Shown here: positions 63,596 through 64,000 of the stretch, piece after piece
How the letters are laid out: each line of letters begins with the position of its first letter
Position numbering within the stretch: the first letter of the stretch is position 1
Assembly: GCA_045837725.1 (NCBI GenBank)
Contig: JBEWZL010000257.1
Location: forward strand, 124,001 to 188,000
Reading direction: 5' to 3'
Source of the DNA: Vermamoeba vermiformis
Lineage: Eukaryota
Length of the DNA: 64,000 nucleotides
Program-made: the position numbers and the translations under genes
Notes under the pieces: model-generated
What the model was told of the DNA's origin: nothing
Seen by the model: only the letters and a program-made list of their open reading frames with translations
Database searches by the model: none

Positions 63596-64000
63596 TTAAA
63601 AGTCCTTAATGATCATCAGCGTCTCATCGAGCTGCAGCAGTGAATTGAGCAGCAAGTCTTGAATGGTCTTCAATCGTTGCAGCGCTTGTTTGTCTTGATT
63701 CGATAGCACTGATATGTTTGTACCTTGCGCTTGCAACTTCTCTTCTTCTTCGGCCTTGTTGAGCACATCCGCGCTCAATTCCATGTGATGGAACAGACGC
63801 AGCTTCATATTGTGCATGGCCTTATATATCTCATTGACGAACAACAAATTGACTTGTTCTCGACGCACTGACCACAAGTAAAATGTCTTGGCGGGCTGAT
63901 GGTCTGCCATCTTGGGCACCTCTTGCAATTGCACCACGTCCTTGCTGAGCATCTTGTACAAGCGATCGCGCGTGTCTTTCACGGGGATCATTGCCAGCTC
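63596..64000 (-). CDS. POLR3C: RNA polymerase III subunit RPC62/RPC82, 3' portion (runs off the window)
   Basis: MIPVKDTRDRLYKML..VQLQEVPKMADHQPAKTFYLWSV..EIYKAMHNMKLR. Confidence 0.82.
   Translation of the reverse strand, partial: ELAMIPVKDTRDRLYKMLSKDVVQLQEVPKMADHQPAKTFYLWSVRREQVNLLFVNEIYKAMHNMKLRLFHHMELSADVLNKAEEEEKLQAQGTNISVLSNQDKQALQRLKTIQDLLLNSLLQLDETLMIIKDF

Overview
Gene-dense eukaryotic (protist) chromosome segment. It carries about 27 protein genes with short spliceosomal introns and one tRNA-Ser(GCT) nested in an intron. The gene content (WAVE-complex NAP1, sterol pathway, atypical E2F, minor-spliceosome introns) is consistent with an amoebozoan-like phagotroph, but this is an inference. 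Most genes are housekeeping: NCKAP1, VPS72, HSP70, GGPPS, PRCP, UTP3, CDC48, KRTCAP2, NKAP, ERG25, HMGR, NOL6, TRABD, PRIM1, APC15, POLR3C. The most notable element is a 4-exon gene (19968-22598) that fuses a GBP/atlastin-type GTPase and a hydrophobic Gly/Ala-rich segment to a bacterial VgrG3-C-like peptidoglycan muramidase, a candidate antibacterial effector. Other highlights: an ERG26/NSDHL-ERG28 fusion; an NMNAT-like nucleotidyltransferase fused to an APH/EcKinase-like kinase; a Ddl-like ATP-grasp-SET gene whose start is only recovered through an AT-AC U12 intron (three U12-type introns seen in total); a kinase gene lying between ~170-bp direct repeats of host intergenic DNA; and tandem LRR genes with a C-terminal F-box-like motif. 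All family assignments are from motif recognition by eye, without database searches, and exon boundaries are manual predictions.
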